Assembly: GCA_013824245.1 (NCBI GenBank)
Contig: PNNN01000051.1
Coordinates: 53,415 to 117,414 of the forward strand
Direction: 5' to 3'
Length of the DNA: 64,000 nt
From: Chlorobiaceae bacterium
GTDB lineage: Bacteria; Bacteroidota; Ignavibacteria; UBA10030; SZUA-254
Part shown: positions 30,274 through 39,874 of the stretch, in pieces
How the letters are laid out: the number at the start of each line of letters is the position of its first letter
Numbering within the stretch: position 1 is the stretch's first letter
Position numbers and translations under genes: made by a program
The notes under the pieces: generated by a model
The model's database searches: none
Seen by the model: only the letters and a program-made list of their open reading frames with translations
Told to the model about the DNA's origin: nothing

Positions 30274-31500
30274 ATGAGAACAATTTCATTTTGGTTCGTT
30301 GCTCTCGCATTAATACTCATAAGTATAAGCTGCTCGGATTTAAAAAAGAACTTGCCTGTTGCCTCCACGGGCAGTTTAAAAATACACGATTCCGGATGGG
30401 GTCAAGAAGATTCACCGAATTTCCACGGGAAATATTTAAAAGTTGATGATTATGATTTCAACGATTGCAAACCTTGCCACGGCTCAAATCTTGCAGGCGG
30501 AACAAGCGACATATCTTGCACCAAGTGTCATTCATCATTCCCTCATGTGAACGGATGGAATATCGATACGGCAAGTGTCGGTTTCCACGGAAAATATTTA
30601 CAAACTAAAGATTGGTCTGCAACCGAATGTAAAGCTTGTCATGGTTCCGGTTTTGACGGTGGCACGAGCGGAAAGACATGTTTTACATGCCATGCTTCTT
30701 TCCCGCACGAAGCGAAATTTACCGATGGACACGAAAATTATATGGAAAACAATAACTATCCATTGCCCGAATGTAAAACATGTCATGGTACTAATTTAAC
30801 CGGTGGTGAGCGCGTCAATATTTCCTGTTCGCAATCGGGTTGCCATCGCGACGCATCAAGTAATCCAAAATCACCGGAAGCATGCAATACATGTCACGGA
30901 CTTTTCAGTGCTCCTACCGATAGCGTTATTACTTGGGCGCCACCTCAATCACTTGCAGGTGATACCGCGATAACAGTGCGCGGAGTTGGCGCGCATCAAA
31001 AACATCTTGCAATTGGAACGTTAGGTAAAAATGTACAATGCAGGGAATGTCATACTGTACCGTCGACTGTTTCTGATCCAGGTCATATCGATTTGCCTAA
31101 ACAAGTTACGGTTGCATTTCACGATACATTAGCGAATTTGGTTACGGCAAATGGAATTATAAATCCTGCTTATCAATCATCATCGTTAACTTGTAACAAT
31201 ACATTCTGTCATGGAAATTGGAAATTGAGAAAGTCGGCATCCGGCAGTCAATTTGCTTACGCCGATTCGATCATGATTGGAAGCAACTATTCTCCGGTAT
31301 GGACAGGAGGTTCTCCTCAATCTGCATGCGGAACTACATGCCATTCATTACCGCCGGTTGGTCATATCGCATCGACAATCAGTGGTTGCTCTGGCTGTCA
31401 CTCCGGTGTAGTTGATAACACCGGTGCAATTATAAACCGCAGCAAGCATATTAATGGGAAGATAAATGTTTTCGGAAGCGAGAAAGTGTTCCCGCAGTAA
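30274..31500 (+). CDS. Lipoprotein multiheme cytochrome c of CxxxxCH/CxxCH type
   Basis: Lipobox ISISC; 8 CxxCH, 2 Cx4CH (CSQSGCH, CNNTFCH) and 1 Cx3CH (CGTTCH); GAHQKH and HING motifs. Confidence 0.9.
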   Translation: MRTISFWFVALALILISISCSDLKKNLPVASTGSLKIHDSGWGQEDSPNFHGKYLKVDDYDFNDCKPCHGSNLAGGTSDISCTKCHSSFPHVNGWNIDTASVGFHGKYLQTKDWSATECKACHGSGFDGGTSGKTCFTCHASFPHEAKFTDGHENYMENNNYPLPECKTCHGTNLTGGERVNISCSQSGCHRDASSNPKSPEACNTCHGLFSAPTDSVITWAPPQSLAGDTAITVRGVGAHQKHLAIGTLGKNVQCRECHTVPSTVSDPGHIDLPKQVTVAFHDTLANLVTANGIINPAYQSSSLTCNNTFCHGNWKLRKSASGSQFAYADSIMIGSNYSPVWTGGSPQSACGTTCHSLPPVGHIASTISGCSGCHSGVVDNTGAIINRSKHINGKINVFGSEKVFPQ

Positions 31501-31532
31501 ACATTTCAAAGCATTGAAGTTTTAAACATAAT

Positions 31533-31568
31533 AAGGTGATGTCTGTTTGCATCACCTTTTCTTTTTTC
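31533..31568 (+). terminator. Intrinsic terminator of the porin-cytochrome operon
   Basis: AAGGTGATG-loop-CATCACCTT followed by TTCTTTTTT. Confidence 0.85.
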
Positions 31569-31660
31569 TGTAAGCGGCATAATTCGATTGATTTTTTCTT
31601 AAAGAGGGAATTTCTTATATTCATTTCATTATTTGAATTCTTTTTGTCGCTTCCGACTAA

Positions 31661-31948
31661 TTGGTTGAAATATATGGAGTTATAGAATATAAAACGAAAG
31701 AATGGTCGAATAAATTGAAGACATCAGCGGAAAAAGAAATTGTAATTAACATATCGCTTGAAGAGTGCAATCTCTTGATATCGCTTCTTTCAAATGCGAT
31801 AAGTGAATTGCGTGAAGATTTAATAAATTCAACCAATAATAAATTGTCGAAAGAGTTGAAATCGGAAGTTATTGAAATGGAAAAACTATTAACATCAATT
31901 ATTGCAACATCATTGGTTGATGAGAGAAAACCAATTTCGATTCATTGA
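31661..31948 (+). CDS. Small helical hypothetical protein (start uncertain)
   Basis: Non-overlapping ORF in the intergenic gap; amphipathic ISLEECNLLISLLSNAISELRE pattern. Confidence 0.45.
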   Translation: MVEIYGVIEYKTKEWSNKLKTSAEKEIVINISLEECNLLISLLSNAISELREDLINSTNNKLSKELKSEVIEMEKLLTSIIATSLVDERKPISIH

Positions 31949-32005
31949 GAAAATTAACCGCTTTATTATTATTACAATATTTTTAAAAGATTAGGATAAA
32001 TAATC

Positions 32006-33124
32006 ATGGCAAAATATAAGATAGCATGGCTCCCTGGCGACGGGATTGGCATCGAAGTTCTCGAAGCCGCAAAAATTGTTTTAGATAAACTCAAGCTCGA
32101 TGCCGAATATATCCATGGCGATATCGGGTGGGAATTCTGGTGTAAAGAAGGAGATGCATTTCCTCAGCGTACAATCGATCTTCTGAAGAATGTCAATGCG
32201 GCAATGTTCGGGGCGATCACTTCAAAACCAATTAAAGAAGCTGAAGCAGAACTTATCCCCGGATTGAGAGGAAAAGGTTTAATTTATCGTTCACCAATCG
32301 TTCGTATGCGACAGCAATTCGACCTTTACAATTGCCTGCGACCATGTAAAGGTTATCCTGGCAATCCTTTGAACTACAAAGAGAATATTGATCTTGTGGT
32401 GTTCCGCGAAAACACAGAAGACCTCTATTGTGGTGTGGAATTTTCACCCGTTCCACCCGAGCTTGCCGAAACATTGTTACGTATCTCTAAACCGTTTATC
32501 GCTTTCAAAGATTTTGGAAGAGATCAATACGCGATTTCCTGTAAAATTAATACACGCAAAGGTTCGGAACGGATAGTTCGTGCTGCATTCGATTTTGCAA
32601 AGAAATTTAACAGAAAAAAGGTAACCATTGTTCACAAGGCAAACGTTGTGCGTGCAACCGACGGTTTGTTTCTTGAAACGGCAAAAGAAGTTGCCATGAA
32701 TTATCCCGGTATCGAAGTGGATGATGCCAACATCGACGCGATGACAATGTGGCTGCTGAAGAATCCTTTTAACTACGATGTATTGGTTGCACCGAATCTT
32801 TATGGCGATATCATCTCCGATCTCTGTGCGCAAATGGTCGGTGGTTTGGGCTTCGGATGCTCAGGCAACATCGGGGAGAAATTAGCGGTATTCGAACCGA
32901 CGCACGGTTCCGCTCCAAAGTATGCAGGCCAATATAAAGTAAATCCGATTGCAACAATTCTTGCAGCAAAGATGATGTTGGATTGGCTCGGCGAAAAAGA
33001 GATGGGAACAAAATTAGAAAATGCCACCGCCGCCGTCATCAAAGAAGGCAAAATTCGCACGTACGATATGGGAGGAAACAGCAAGACGCTCGATATGGCA
33101 AAGGCAATAGCGGATAAACTTTAA
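32006..33124 (+). CDS. Isocitrate/isopropylmalate/homoisocitrate dehydrogenase family protein
   Basis: PGDGIG.EV, RENTEDLY, HKANV, NLYGDIISD and EPTHGSAP motifs. Confidence 0.93.
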   Translation: MAKYKIAWLPGDGIGIEVLEAAKIVLDKLKLDAEYIHGDIGWEFWCKEGDAFPQRTIDLLKNVNAAMFGAITSKPIKEAEAELIPGLRGKGLIYRSPIVRMRQQFDLYNCLRPCKGYPGNPLNYKENIDLVVFRENTEDLYCGVEFSPVPPELAETLLRISKPFIAFKDFGRDQYAISCKINTRKGSERIVRAAFDFAKKFNRKKVTIVHKANVVRATDGLFLETAKEVAMNYPGIEVDDANIDAMTMWLLKNPFNYDVLVAPNLYGDIISDLCAQMVGGLGFGCSGNIGEKLAVFEPTHGSAPKYAGQYKVNPIATILAAKMMLDWLGEKEMGTKLENATAAVIKEGKIRTYDMGGNSKTLDMAKAIADKL

Positions 33125-33596
33125 ATACGAAATTCGAATTTCGAAATCCGAAACAAACACAAATGTCCGAAAACCAAAAACCTAAACAATATGATTTAGA
33201 AGATCGAACATTTCAGTTTGCCAAAGATGTTCGAGAATTTATTCGTAAACTGCCTAAACCTGTGGCAAACATTGATGACGTTCACCAATTGGTACGATCG
33301 TCAGGTTCTGTAGGTGCGAATTATATCGAAGCAAACGAGGCACTTAGTAAAAAAGATTTTGTTCACAGAGCAAAAATATGCCGAAAAGAAGCTAAGGAAA
33401 GCAGATATTGGCTGAGGTTGATTTATATTGAAAAGGATGAAACTCTAGAACAAAATCGTTCACGATTAATTCAAGAATCAACGGAACTGATGAATATCTT
33501 TGGAGCAATAATTCACAAAAGCGAATAAATGTTTTTGTCATTCGTATTTAGAATTTTTGATTTGTTTCGAGTTTCGATATTCGTGCTTCGAATTTA
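33122..33596. mobile_element. Four-helix-bundle gene cassette bounded by heptamer-periodic imperfect inverted repeats
   Basis: Left arm AATACGA-AATTCGA-ATTTCGA-AATCCGA-AACAAA (33124-33157); right arm TTTGTT-TCGAGTT-TCGATAT-TCGTGCT-TCGAATT (33561-33594). Mobility is inferred, not shown. Confidence 0.55.
33163..33528 (+). CDS. Four helix bundle protein (23S rRNA intervening-sequence protein family)
   Basis: DLEDRT..FA, QLVRSSGSVGANYIEA, SKKDF and KEAKESRYWL motifs. Confidence 0.92.
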   Translation: MSENQKPKQYDLEDRTFQFAKDVREFIRKLPKPVANIDDVHQLVRSSGSVGANYIEANEALSKKDFVHRAKICRKEAKESRYWLRLIYIEKDETLEQNRSRLIQESTELMNIFGAIIHKSE

Positions 33597-33624
33597 TCCA
33601 TTAGATTAAGCGAGAAATTCATTT

Positions 33625-34530
33625 ATGCATAAAATCATAATTCACGAAGTCGGTCTCCGCGACGGCTTGCAGATGGAAAAGCAAGTCGTTCCGACCGAGC
33701 AAAAGCTTAAATGGATTAGTGGATTGATGGATGCTGGAGTTGACATTATTCAGATTGGCTCTTTCGTTCATCCGGAAAAAGTGCCTCAAATGGCTGACAC
33801 TGATAAACTATTTTCGCAGCATACAAAGAACAAGACAGGCAAAACAATTCTTTCCGGACTTGTCCTCAACGAAAAAGGATTGGAACGCGGTGAGAAGTGC
33901 GGTGTCGAGATGTACTGCATGGGAGTTTCGGCAAGCGAAACACACAGTATGAAGAACACCGGAATGAGTACAACTGAAGCTACCGAGCGGATTATTTCAA
34001 CAGCAAAGCAAGCGTTGTCAGCCGGAAAAAAAGTTCAGGTTTCAGTCCAGTCAGCTTTCGGTTGCGGTTTCGAAGGACCAATTTCATCTGAAAGGGTATT
34101 GGAGATCGTAGATAAATATCTCAACGCCGGTTTGAAAAATATTAGTCTGGCGGACACGGCTGGCCACGCAATTCCTGACAATGTAGAAAAGTTGTACGAA
34201 GCAATCTTTAAACTCGATAGCTCTGTTGAAGCCGCCTGCCATTTCCATAATACATATGGGATGGGACTTGCAAATGTTTATGCCGCAATGAAGATCGGTG
34301 TGCAGAATTACGAGTCTTCAATTGCTGGTCTCGGCGGTTGTCCATTTACAAAAGTTGCGGCAGGAAATGTTTGTACGGAAGATTTTATTCATGCTCTTCA
34401 GAGGATGGGATTTCGAAAAGAAATAAACCTGATGAAGCTTATCGATCTTGCGAAAGAATTCTCTGTGTTTTTCAATCGCGAAATGCCGGGGCTGATTTAT
34501 AAAACAGGCCCCTTAATTGATAGACCGTGA
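33625..34530 (+). CDS. HMG-CoA lyase family (DRE-TIM) protein
   Basis: EVGLRDGLQ, LADTAG, HFHNTYG and GLGGCPF motifs. Confidence 0.92.
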   Translation: MHKIIIHEVGLRDGLQMEKQVVPTEQKLKWISGLMDAGVDIIQIGSFVHPEKVPQMADTDKLFSQHTKNKTGKTILSGLVLNEKGLERGEKCGVEMYCMGVSASETHSMKNTGMSTTEATERIISTAKQALSAGKKVQVSVQSAFGCGFEGPISSERVLEIVDKYLNAGLKNISLADTAGHAIPDNVEKLYEAIFKLDSSVEAACHFHNTYGMGLANVYAAMKIGVQNYESSIAGLGGCPFTKVAAGNVCTEDFIHALQRMGFRKEINLMKLIDLAKEFSVFFNREMPGLIYKTGPLIDRP

Positions 34531-34564
34531 TTTTAATGAATAATTATTGTTGTTAGAAATCAAA

Positions 34565-35764
34565 ATGCCTCAAAAACTTCTATCCAATATACGTGTCCTC
34601 GACCTGACAAACGTCTTATCAGGACCATTTGCAACATTACACCTCGCACTTCTAGGTGCTGAGGTCATCAAAATCGAAAATCCGATAGGCGGCGATCTTG
34701 CGCGTGCATTAGGCTGTCTTCCCGAGTTGAACAAGAAACAAATGGGGACGAGCTTCCTTGCGCAAAATGCTAACAAGAAATCAGTTACGCTCAATCTTAA
34801 ATTTCCGGAGGGGAAAGAAATTTTCAAAAAATTGGTGAAGACTGCCGACGTGGTTGTGGAAAATTTCCGCCCGGATGTAATGGGCCGGCTGGGAGTCGGG
34901 TATAATGCACTGAAGGAAATCAATCCAAAAATTATTTACTGCGGAATATCAGGATTCGGGAAAGACGGACCCGACGCGATGAAGCCGGCGTACGATCAGA
35001 TCATCCAGGGGCTTAGTGGTGAAATGGCAATCAACGGTGATGAACGATTAAGTCCGCTTCGCGCCGGCTTTCCTGTTTGCGATACTGTTGGCGGATTGAA
35101 CGCGGCGTTTGCAATTATGGCTGCATTGTATTATCGGGAGAAGACGGGTGAAGGGCAGTTTATCGATATCGCATTACTCGATTCAGTTATGCCGTTAATG
35201 GGATGGGTTGCTGCGAATTTGTTGATTGGAGGTCAACAGCCGGTATTGATGGGTAACGATAATTTTACTGCGGCACCATCCGGAGTTTTTAAAACAAAAG
35301 ATGGCTACATTAACATCGCAGCCAACAAACAAGAGCAGTGGGAATCGGTTGCGGATGTTCTTGGAGTTCCAGAGTTGAAAACGGATTCGCGCTTTCAGGA
35401 ACGGGATACGAGAAAGAAAAACCGAAAACTTCTCACACCGTTACTCGAAGAAAAATTGACTCAAAAGGAAACAAAGTATTGGGTGGAGAAGCTAAATGAA
35501 AACGATGTACCGTCAGGTGAAATCCTCAGTTTGGAAGATGCACTGAATCAACCGCAAATTAAACATCGCGAGACTATCAAGTCTATTCACAGTGAAGGCA
35601 TTGGTGATTTGAAGTTATTCAATTTAACAGCTAAATTTAGTAAAACACCGGGTAACATAGATGCACCGCCGCCGAAATTATCTGAACATACAACGGAAAT
35701 ACTGAAGAGTATTGGATACACTGAAGAAGAAATAAAAAGTTTTAAAGAAAAGAAAATCACTTAA
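34565..35764 (+). CDS. Family III CoA-transferase (CaiB/BaiF)
   Basis: RVLDLT.VLSGP, GAEVIKIE, NKKS, ENFRP and D-GG active-site region; ATG at 34565 preferred over the upstream TTG. Confidence 0.93.
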   Translation: MPQKLLSNIRVLDLTNVLSGPFATLHLALLGAEVIKIENPIGGDLARALGCLPELNKKQMGTSFLAQNANKKSVTLNLKFPEGKEIFKKLVKTADVVVENFRPDVMGRLGVGYNALKEINPKIIYCGISGFGKDGPDAMKPAYDQIIQGLSGEMAINGDERLSPLRAGFPVCDTVGGLNAAFAIMAALYYREKTGEGQFIDIALLDSVMPLMGWVAANLLIGGQQPVLMGNDNFTAAPSGVFKTKDGYINIAANKQEQWESVADVLGVPELKTDSRFQERDTRKKNRKLLTPLLEEKLTQKETKYWVEKLNENDVPSGEILSLEDALNQPQIKHRETIKSIHSEGIGDLKLFNLTAKFSKTPGNIDAPPPKLSEHTTEILKSIGYTEEEIKSFKEKKIT

Positions 35765-35772
35765 TAAAAAAT

Positions 35773-35831
35773 TTCTCGCCAAGACGCCAAGTACGCAAAG
35801 AATTTTGGCGATCTTTGCGACTTTAAGAGAG
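35773..35831. repeat. Short imperfect palindromic element between the CoA-transferase and aconitase genes
   Basis: TCTCGCCAAGACGCCAAGTACGCAAAG ... TTTTGGCGATCTTTGCGACTTTAAGAGA, with internal CGCC/AAAG unit repeats. Confidence 0.5.
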
Positions 35832-35853
35832 ACAAATAGGAGCTATATAATTT

Positions 35854-37143
35854 ATGTCAATGACACTTGTAGAAAAAATTCTTGCAAGGGCAACTGGTCA
35901 ATCAGCGGTGAAAGCCGGTGATGTTCTGGAGCCAAAGGTTGATCTTGCGATGTCGCATGAGAATGCGGCATTAGTGATCAATCAATTTTCTGAAATTTAT
36001 AAAGATACCGGTATTCCGCTGAAGGTTTGGGATCCATCGAAGATCGCAATTATATTCGACCATCGTGTGCCGGCAGAGAGTGCAAAGACAGCCACGAATC
36101 AAAAGAAGATCCGCGACTTTGTGGGTAAACAAGGTGTAACAAAATTTCACGACATCCGCGGTGATGAAGGCGGTATTTGTCATCAGGTCTTACCTGAAAA
36201 TGGATATGTGATACCGGGATCGGTCATCGTTGGAACAGACAGTCATACAACCAGTCATGGTGCGCTTGGAACGTTTGCATTTGGTATCGGTGCAACTGAA
36301 ATGGCAAGTGTATGGACTCTCGGCACGGTTCTGAATGTTGAAGTCCCAGGTACAATCAAAGTGAATGTCAATGGAAAATTCCCTGTTGGTGTTTATCCAA
36401 AAGATTTAATTTTATATCTAATCGGAAAACTCACTGCCGAAGGTGCGAACTTCAAGGTACTCGAATTCCACGGCGAGGCGATCAAAAATATGAGCACATC
36501 CGGTCGCTTAACGCTTTCCAACATGTCGGTAGAAGCGGGCGCAACATCCGGCATTGTGCCGCCCGACGAAGAAACAGTTCGTTATTTAAAAGAAGAAGCT
36601 GGAATTGATTTCAAAGGAGAACTGCTGAAACCCGATCTGGATGCGAAGTACGACCAGGTTATTGAAATTAATGTGGCAACACTTGCACCGCAGATAGCCA
36701 AACCGCATACTGTCGATAACGTCAAACCGATAAGCGAAGTAACAAATGTTAAGCTGAACCAGATCGTTATCGGATCGTGCACGAACGGACGGCTCGATGA
36801 TCTGGAGGTGGCAGCAAAAATATTGAAGGGGAAAAAAGTTGCAAAAGGTGTTCGCATGTTAGTATTCCCGGCATCGTGGAGAATTTACAAGGAAGCGCTC
36901 AAGCGCGGTTACATCGCCGATTTGATGGATGCAGGCGCTGTTATCATGAATTCAAATTGCGGATGCTGTCTCGGTGTTCATCAAGGAGCGCTGGCAGATG
37001 GCGATGTTTCGCTCTCAACAACTAATCGAAACTTTAAAGGCAGACAGGGCAATCCGAATTCCGAAGTCTATCTTTGCTCTGCCGCCGTTGCAGCCGCAAG
37101 CGCAATCACAGGTGTAATCACAGATCCGAGAGGAGCAAATTAA
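35854..37143 (+). CDS. Isopropylmalate isomerase/homoaconitase large subunit family
   Basis: MTLVEKIL, FDH, GICHQ, DSHT, GSCTNGR, CGCCLG and STTNRNF motifs. Confidence 0.93.
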   Translation: MSMTLVEKILARATGQSAVKAGDVLEPKVDLAMSHENAALVINQFSEIYKDTGIPLKVWDPSKIAIIFDHRVPAESAKTATNQKKIRDFVGKQGVTKFHDIRGDEGGICHQVLPENGYVIPGSVIVGTDSHTTSHGALGTFAFGIGATEMASVWTLGTVLNVEVPGTIKVNVNGKFPVGVYPKDLILYLIGKLTAEGANFKVLEFHGEAIKNMSTSGRLTLSNMSVEAGATSGIVPPDEETVRYLKEEAGIDFKGELLKPDLDAKYDQVIEINVATLAPQIAKPHTVDNVKPISEVTNVKLNQIVIGSCTNGRLDDLEVAAKILKGKKVAKGVRMLVFPASWRIYKEALKRGYIADLMDAGAVIMNSNCGCCLGVHQGALADGDVSLSTTNRNFKGRQGNPNSEVYLCSAAVAAASAITGVITDPRGAN

Positions 37144-37144
37144 T

Positions 37145-37657
37145 ATGTCACATCATACATCAAAAGTTGTTGCGATAATGACAAACGATATTTCAACCGA
37201 TATAATTTATCCTGGCAGATTCATGGCGACAGTTCTTCCAACCGAAACGCCGCAATATTGTTTTGCAGATATGACTGAACTGAACAAACGGTTGAAGAAC
37301 AAGGAAATCCCACCAAACAGCGCGATAGTTGCAGGTGCTAATTTCGGATGCGGATCATCGCGTGAGCAAGCCGTCTCAACCATCAAAGGTCATGAAATTG
37401 TTATCGTTGCAAAGGGATTTGCGCGAATCTTTCTCCAGAATTCAGTAAATCTTGGATTGAAAACTGTTGTTTGTCCAACAATCGAAGCGGCTGAAGGAGA
37501 TGAGTTAGAAATCCTATCAGATAAAGTCGTGAATGTAACAAAGGGGAAATCATTTCCAATTGAACCCCTGCCCCAAGCCCGGCAAGCGATAGTAGATGCA
37601 GGCGGTTTGATTGCATATACAAGAAAAAGATTATTAGAGAAGACGGAAAAAAAGTAA
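37145..37657 (+). CDS. Isopropylmalate isomerase/homoaconitase small subunit family
   Basis: DISTDIIYP, NFGCGSSREQA, FARIF..N and AGGL motifs. Confidence 0.92.
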   Translation: MSHHTSKVVAIMTNDISTDIIYPGRFMATVLPTETPQYCFADMTELNKRLKNKEIPPNSAIVAGANFGCGSSREQAVSTIKGHEIVIVAKGFARIFLQNSVNLGLKTVVCPTIEAAEGDELEILSDKVVNVTKGKSFPIEPLPQARQAIVDAGGLIAYTRKRLLEKTEKK

Positions 37658-37708
37658 ACAATCTTTCTCTAAAAGCCGGATTATATAAAAGGAGAATTTG
37701 CTAAAACG

Positions 37709-39643
37709 ATGTTCAGATTATTTGTCATAGGAATTCTCCTTTGTTATTCAAAACCATCCATCGGACAAGATAAAGAATTATTTCAATCCGAAATAAACCA
37801 GCACGAAAAACATCTTTCATTTCAAAAGCAAAACAGTATTGCAAGTTCATGGTTTGATGTTACATACTACGGTTTGAATCTTACAGTAACCACAAGCCCA
37901 CAGCATCTCAACGGTGTAGTTACAATCGAAGGTATATGTCGTGAGCCGGTTTCTACAATATTAACATTCGATCTAATGAACTCTATGCATGTAGATTCGG
38001 TAAAGGTTGATGGAGCGTTATGTACATTCGTTCAACAGCCCGCATCGTTAGATGTTAGTTTGGATGTCATATATCCGGCTGACAGGAAATTAAAAATTGA
38101 AATATATTATCAAGGATTACCGGTTGGAACAGGTTTTGGAAGTTTCATGTTCGGTATGCACTCAGATGTTCCCTGGGTTTGGTCGCTGAGCGAACCTTAT
38201 GGTGCACGCGATTGGTTCCCATGCAAAGATCATCCATCCGACAAAGTAGACTCGGCAGATATAACGGTTACTTGTGATTCTTCATTCAAAGTGGGATCGA
38301 ATGGAAACCTTGTCGCGGTGATAAATAACGGAGATGGAACGAAAACGCATTACTGGCAAGAACGTTATCCGATTGCTTCGTATCTTATTTCAATTGCAAT
38401 TACAAATTATCAGCAATTCTCTGATTGGTTTCATTACAGTCCTACAGACTCAATGGAGATACTGAATTATGTCATTCCAGAGCGTCTTTCTTCTGCACAG
38501 TCTGAACTTCCGAAAACGATAGATATGTTAAAAATCTTCTCTGACTTGTTTGGTTTATATCCGTTCATCAAAGAAAAATACGGTCATGCCGATTTTGGAA
38601 GAGGCGGTGCGATGGAGCATCAAACGATGACATCAACAACAACTTATGAGGAGAACACGATTGCCCACGAGCTTGCTCATCAGTGGTTTGGAGATATGAT
38701 CACCTGTAGAACATGGCCCGATCTTTGGCTTAACGAGGGGTTCGCGCAGTATGCAACGGCATTGTATCTGGAAAGAAAATACGGGCAATCGTCGTATCGG
38801 GACTATATGCAAAATCAATTGAGCAACGCTCGGCTTGCCGTCGGTTCGCTTTATGTCGAAGACACATCAACCGTGAGAAATTTGTTCGATGTTAACCGTG
38901 TTTATGCCAAAGGGGCATCTGTATTGCATATGCTGCGTCATGTATTAAGCGACTCGATATTTTTCAGATCTCTATTTAGTTATGCAAATCATCCTCAATT
39001 AAAATACTCCACAGCATCGACAGAAGATTTTAAAAATGTTTGTGAACAAATCAGCGGAACGGATTTAACTTATTTCTTCAACGAATGGATTTATGGAGAA
39101 GGTTATCCGCGCTATTCTATATATTGGAATTTAAAAGATTCATCAAGCGGTTACGTTGTTGAACTTATGCTGAAACAGATTTCCGGAGAAATTCAGTCGA
39201 ACATATTTACGATGCCCATAGATTTTAAGTTAATCGCTTCGGCGTGGGATACAGTGGTTACAGTGTTCAATAATACATCTGAGCAAATATATCATATTCC
39301 TGTTAATCGAATTATCAAAAACATTCAATTGGATCCCGATGGATGGATCCTAAAAGTTATATCCGAGGATTTTAATCGTAACTTCATTCTATATCAAAAT
39401 TATCCAAACCCATGTGGAACATACACATGGATCAGTTACGCGCTTCCGTCACAGATGCACGTGAAACTGACTCTGTACGACCTACTCGGTCGGGAAATTA
39501 AAACGCTCGTAAATGAAACTAAGCCGATCGGTGTTCACGAAGTGAATATAGCAGAGATTGCCGAATACCCTTCCGGTGTTTATTATTATCGACTGACCGG
39601 ATTGAATCTTGCAATCACCAAGAAATTGCTTATCCTTCATTGA
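37709..39643 (+). CDS. M1 family aminopeptidase with T9SS C-terminal sorting domain
   Basis: Signal peptide, GGAMEH, HELAHQWFG..WLNEGFA and YAKG motifs; C-terminal LYQNYPNP...YDLLGREI...SGVYYYRL...KKLLIL. Confidence 0.92.
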   Translation: MFRLFVIGILLCYSKPSIGQDKELFQSEINQHEKHLSFQKQNSIASSWFDVTYYGLNLTVTTSPQHLNGVVTIEGICREPVSTILTFDLMNSMHVDSVKVDGALCTFVQQPASLDVSLDVIYPADRKLKIEIYYQGLPVGTGFGSFMFGMHSDVPWVWSLSEPYGARDWFPCKDHPSDKVDSADITVTCDSSFKVGSNGNLVAVINNGDGTKTHYWQERYPIASYLISIAITNYQQFSDWFHYSPTDSMEILNYVIPERLSSAQSELPKTIDMLKIFSDLFGLYPFIKEKYGHADFGRGGAMEHQTMTSTTTYEENTIAHELAHQWFGDMITCRTWPDLWLNEGFAQYATALYLERKYGQSSYRDYMQNQLSNARLAVGSLYVEDTSTVRNLFDVNRVYAKGASVLHMLRHVLSDSIFFRSLFSYANHPQLKYSTASTEDFKNVCEQISGTDLTYFFNEWIYGEGYPRYSIYWNLKDSSSGYVVELMLKQISGEIQSNIFTMPIDFKLIASAWDTVVTVFNNTSEQIYHIPVNRIIKNIQLDPDGWILKVISEDFNRNFILYQNYPNPCGTYTWISYALPSQMHVKLTLYDLLGREIKTLVNETKPIGVHEVNIAEIAEYPSGVYYYRLTGLNLAITKKLLILH

Positions 39644-39824
39644 TTGAATTGTTCATTGAGGATTAATTTTATACCGTTCTCATGCGTGAGAGTAAAAACT
39701 CTGTATATTTTTCATGAGTGAGAAGTTTAACTCGATCTGAACAATTGTATCTAACCAAACTTTTCTTTTTTTTATAAAAAATGATACTCGGTGAAATTAG
39801 TTAAAAAGGTGGTTTATATTATGC

Positions 39825-39840
39825 TGGCATACCAATTGAT
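39825..39840 (+). promoter_or_regulatory. Candidate sigma54 promoter (GA variant at -12)
   Basis: TGGCAT-ACCAA-TTGAT, about 35 nt upstream of the ATG at 39875; paired TCATG(C/A)GTGAGA repeats at 39680 and 39712. Confidence 0.45.
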
Positions 39841-39874
39841 ATATAAGCATGTCTGTGGAGCATATGGTTTAAAT

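Noticed and set aside
33122-33596. CRISPR array or diversity-generating retroelement around the four-helix-bundle gene
   Set aside because: The repeats are 7-nt degenerate units with no spacers; no cas gene, reverse transcriptase or TR/VR pair is visible.
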